A stretch of 64,000 bases of DNA, from contig JBHGNT010000017.1 of assembly GCA_043228905.1 (NCBI GenBank), positions 1,302,001 through 1,366,000 of the forward strand. The letters are read 5' to 3'. This document shows, in pieces, positions 61,950 to 64,000 of this stretch. The DNA is from Azolla caroliniana. Its lineage: Eukaryota; Plantae; Polypodiophyta. The position numbers and the translations under genes were made by a program. The notes beneath the pieces were generated by a model. The model did not search any database and was not told where the DNA came from. It was given only the letters and a program-made list of their open reading frames with translations. Each line of letters opens with the position of its first letter. Position 1 is the first letter of the stretch.

Positions 61950-64000
61950 ATACTTTAGTTGTTTTTTAGAAAGCTTGGTAAAATATTGATTACAGGAGAT
62001 TTTAATGCTATAGTTGGAGAATACCAAAATATGAAGATATTGGAAGATATTGGAAGAAATTGTTGTGGATCCTTGTTTATTATGTTACTCAAAAGATTGG
62101 ATTGTTATGGATAATCGATGAATTCCTATACATATGCTTGACTATAGAAACTTGATTGTCTTGAATGGTATAAATGTTTGCCTTTGAGATACATATGTAT
62201 TCATTCACATGTTTACCATCCTCAATCGAGGGTGTGTGGTATATTGTATACTAATGAAGCCATATCAACGTGATCTATCCATGGTGAATGTATTTAAGAT
62301 TGGTCCTCTACCCTTTAGTCAAACTATAAGCCCTTGCAGTTGGACCTTACACTCTCATATTCAATCAACAAATGTAGTAGAGTGACATAGGAAAGTTGAT
62401 ACATCATTCGACCTTGTCACAAAAAGCTTTGGATATTGGCAAAAGAAGTTGAGATCCATTTGTCAAATCTCTCTATAGGTAATGATGTTAAAGAAAATTA
62501 GAAACATTTGGAAGATCTGATCCTTCAAGTAGGATATTAATACTTTCGAATATGTGTTTGTGGACATAAAAGATATAGTTACCCCTTGTAAATATTAGGT
62601 TGATACGGAATGCAATATGTATATCAAACAATATATAAGTTTGCAAAGGGGGAAAGTGAAAGAGCCATGGCACGACACTAATATAGAAAGGTATTGAGGA
62701 GAAATGAAAGGCAATACTTCAAAATGCAATAAAGGAAAAATAATTAAGCTCCAACCCAAAATCAACACGAAGACAACTCAATGCTAAGAAGGAATATATG
62801 AAAAGTGAAATTACAAATGAACAAATGCTAGAATATGTACAAAGGCTATATGTACGATGGAGTGGCTCCTAGGGTTGAGAGCATTGAAACACCTCTTGAT
62901 ATATATGCATTGCTATTAAATACATATGTCAATACAGGAATAAACAAATGTCTAATAGCAATGTTTCTTATGCAACTCTCATTACGATTGAGATCTTAAA
63001 ATGGACAATGCCAGATACTTGTCATTGGATAGTAACTACTATAGATCAAACTATTAAACAAGGTTGTCAAATGATTCTCTATGCATGAATTGAATTAGGC
63101 CAAAATCTCAATGCAGGATATAAGAATTAAGTATCAAATAATTGCATAATCATGGTGAACCCAACTATTGCTCTTTGTATAGCATTATCATGGAGCAAAA
63201 GGTGAACGCATGGGCTAAAAGTATGAACAAACGAGCATTAGCGCAAACATGTTTTAGACCCAAACACTCCATTGTGGATCGTTTGGTTATATTAAGAGTA
63301 ATTATGGAAGAAAGTTAACTACATGGAAAACACTCGATTGTTTGTTTTGTTGATTTTAAACAAACATTTGATACAATACCATTAAGTTTGTTTTGGAATA
63401 GAATGGTGGAAATTAGCATGCAGTTAGAGTATCGAGCTATTATTGCATGATTTTATGAGCAAATTAGATGCCAACTAAAAATTGAGAATGGATTTTCATA
63501 ATATTTTTTAACTAGCATGGGGGGTTAACCAATGTTGTCCACTATCACCTATACTCATTGGTTTATGCATTGATGGAGTGGAATAAGTGATGAATAGGGC
63601 CTTACGAGAAGGAGTCGATACATCACAAAAGTTATTGAGGAAGAGCAATTGAACCATCGAGGAAGAAGTGAGAATGCTCTAGTTAAATGACAAAATTAGA
63701 ATATTACATTGCAATTTTCAACCACGAATGTTGAATTCAATATAAGGCAAGAAGGCCTATTGGTCGTATTCAACCTATTCTAATGACTAACATGAGTATT
63801 AACTCTTGTGGAACGCTAACACTCCCTTGTAGTCAATCACACAAGTTAGGTATTGAAGTTGCATTATGGCATCAAATTCTATCAAATATAAAGGTTTGCA
63901 AGGTACACACACGAGGAAGGGCTAGTCGAGGATGAGTATCACTTGTTTTTTACATGCTCCGCATATATGTGCAATTCGTGAAGTCTACAATGACATCAAG
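61950..64000 (+). mobile_element. Degenerate non-LTR retrotransposon (LINE) ORF2 remnant, running off the window end
   Basis: Endonuclease motif GDFNA (about 61995), reverse transcriptase motifs CFVDFKQTFDTIP (about 63343) and GVNQCCPLSP (about 63522), C-terminal SHKLGIE...VEDEYHLFFTC (about 63837-63957). Many stops and frameshifts. Confidence 0.85.

Noticed and set aside
1-64000. CRISPR arrays, operons or prokaryotic defence systems
   Set aside because: The DNA is eukaryotic and spliced. The tandem repeats have no unique spacers and there are no cas-like ORFs.

Overview
Eukaryotic, intron-rich plant nuclear DNA. It is probably from a fern with a fairly compact genome; this is an inference from the fern-style PLS-PPR genes and the gene density. 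I reconstructed spliced genes by hand from GT-AG junctions and frame continuity. In order: the 3' part of a PEAPOD/TIFY4-like gene, a TIR1/AFB auxin receptor, a (6-4) photolyase (UVR3), tRNA-Ser(AGA), a PLS-PPR gene, an unidentified spliced minus-strand unit, a tiny 3-exon KGD4/MRPS36-like gene, COG2, a NEAP-like nuclear-envelope gene, a convergent pair of tRNA-Leu(CAA), a second PLS-PPR gene, VPS55, and a decayed LINE. MITEs, tRNA-derived SINE copies and local tandem duplications are scattered through introns and intergenic DNA. I found no new multi-gene system that I can support. The most notable signals are a 1-nt microexon needed to keep VPS55 in frame, the 81-aa KGD4-like gene of which the ORF track catches only exon 1, a NEAP homolog in an apparent non-seed plant, a duplicated splice acceptor with an in-frame stop in COG2, and upstream ORFs whose stop codons overlap the start codon of both PPR genes.
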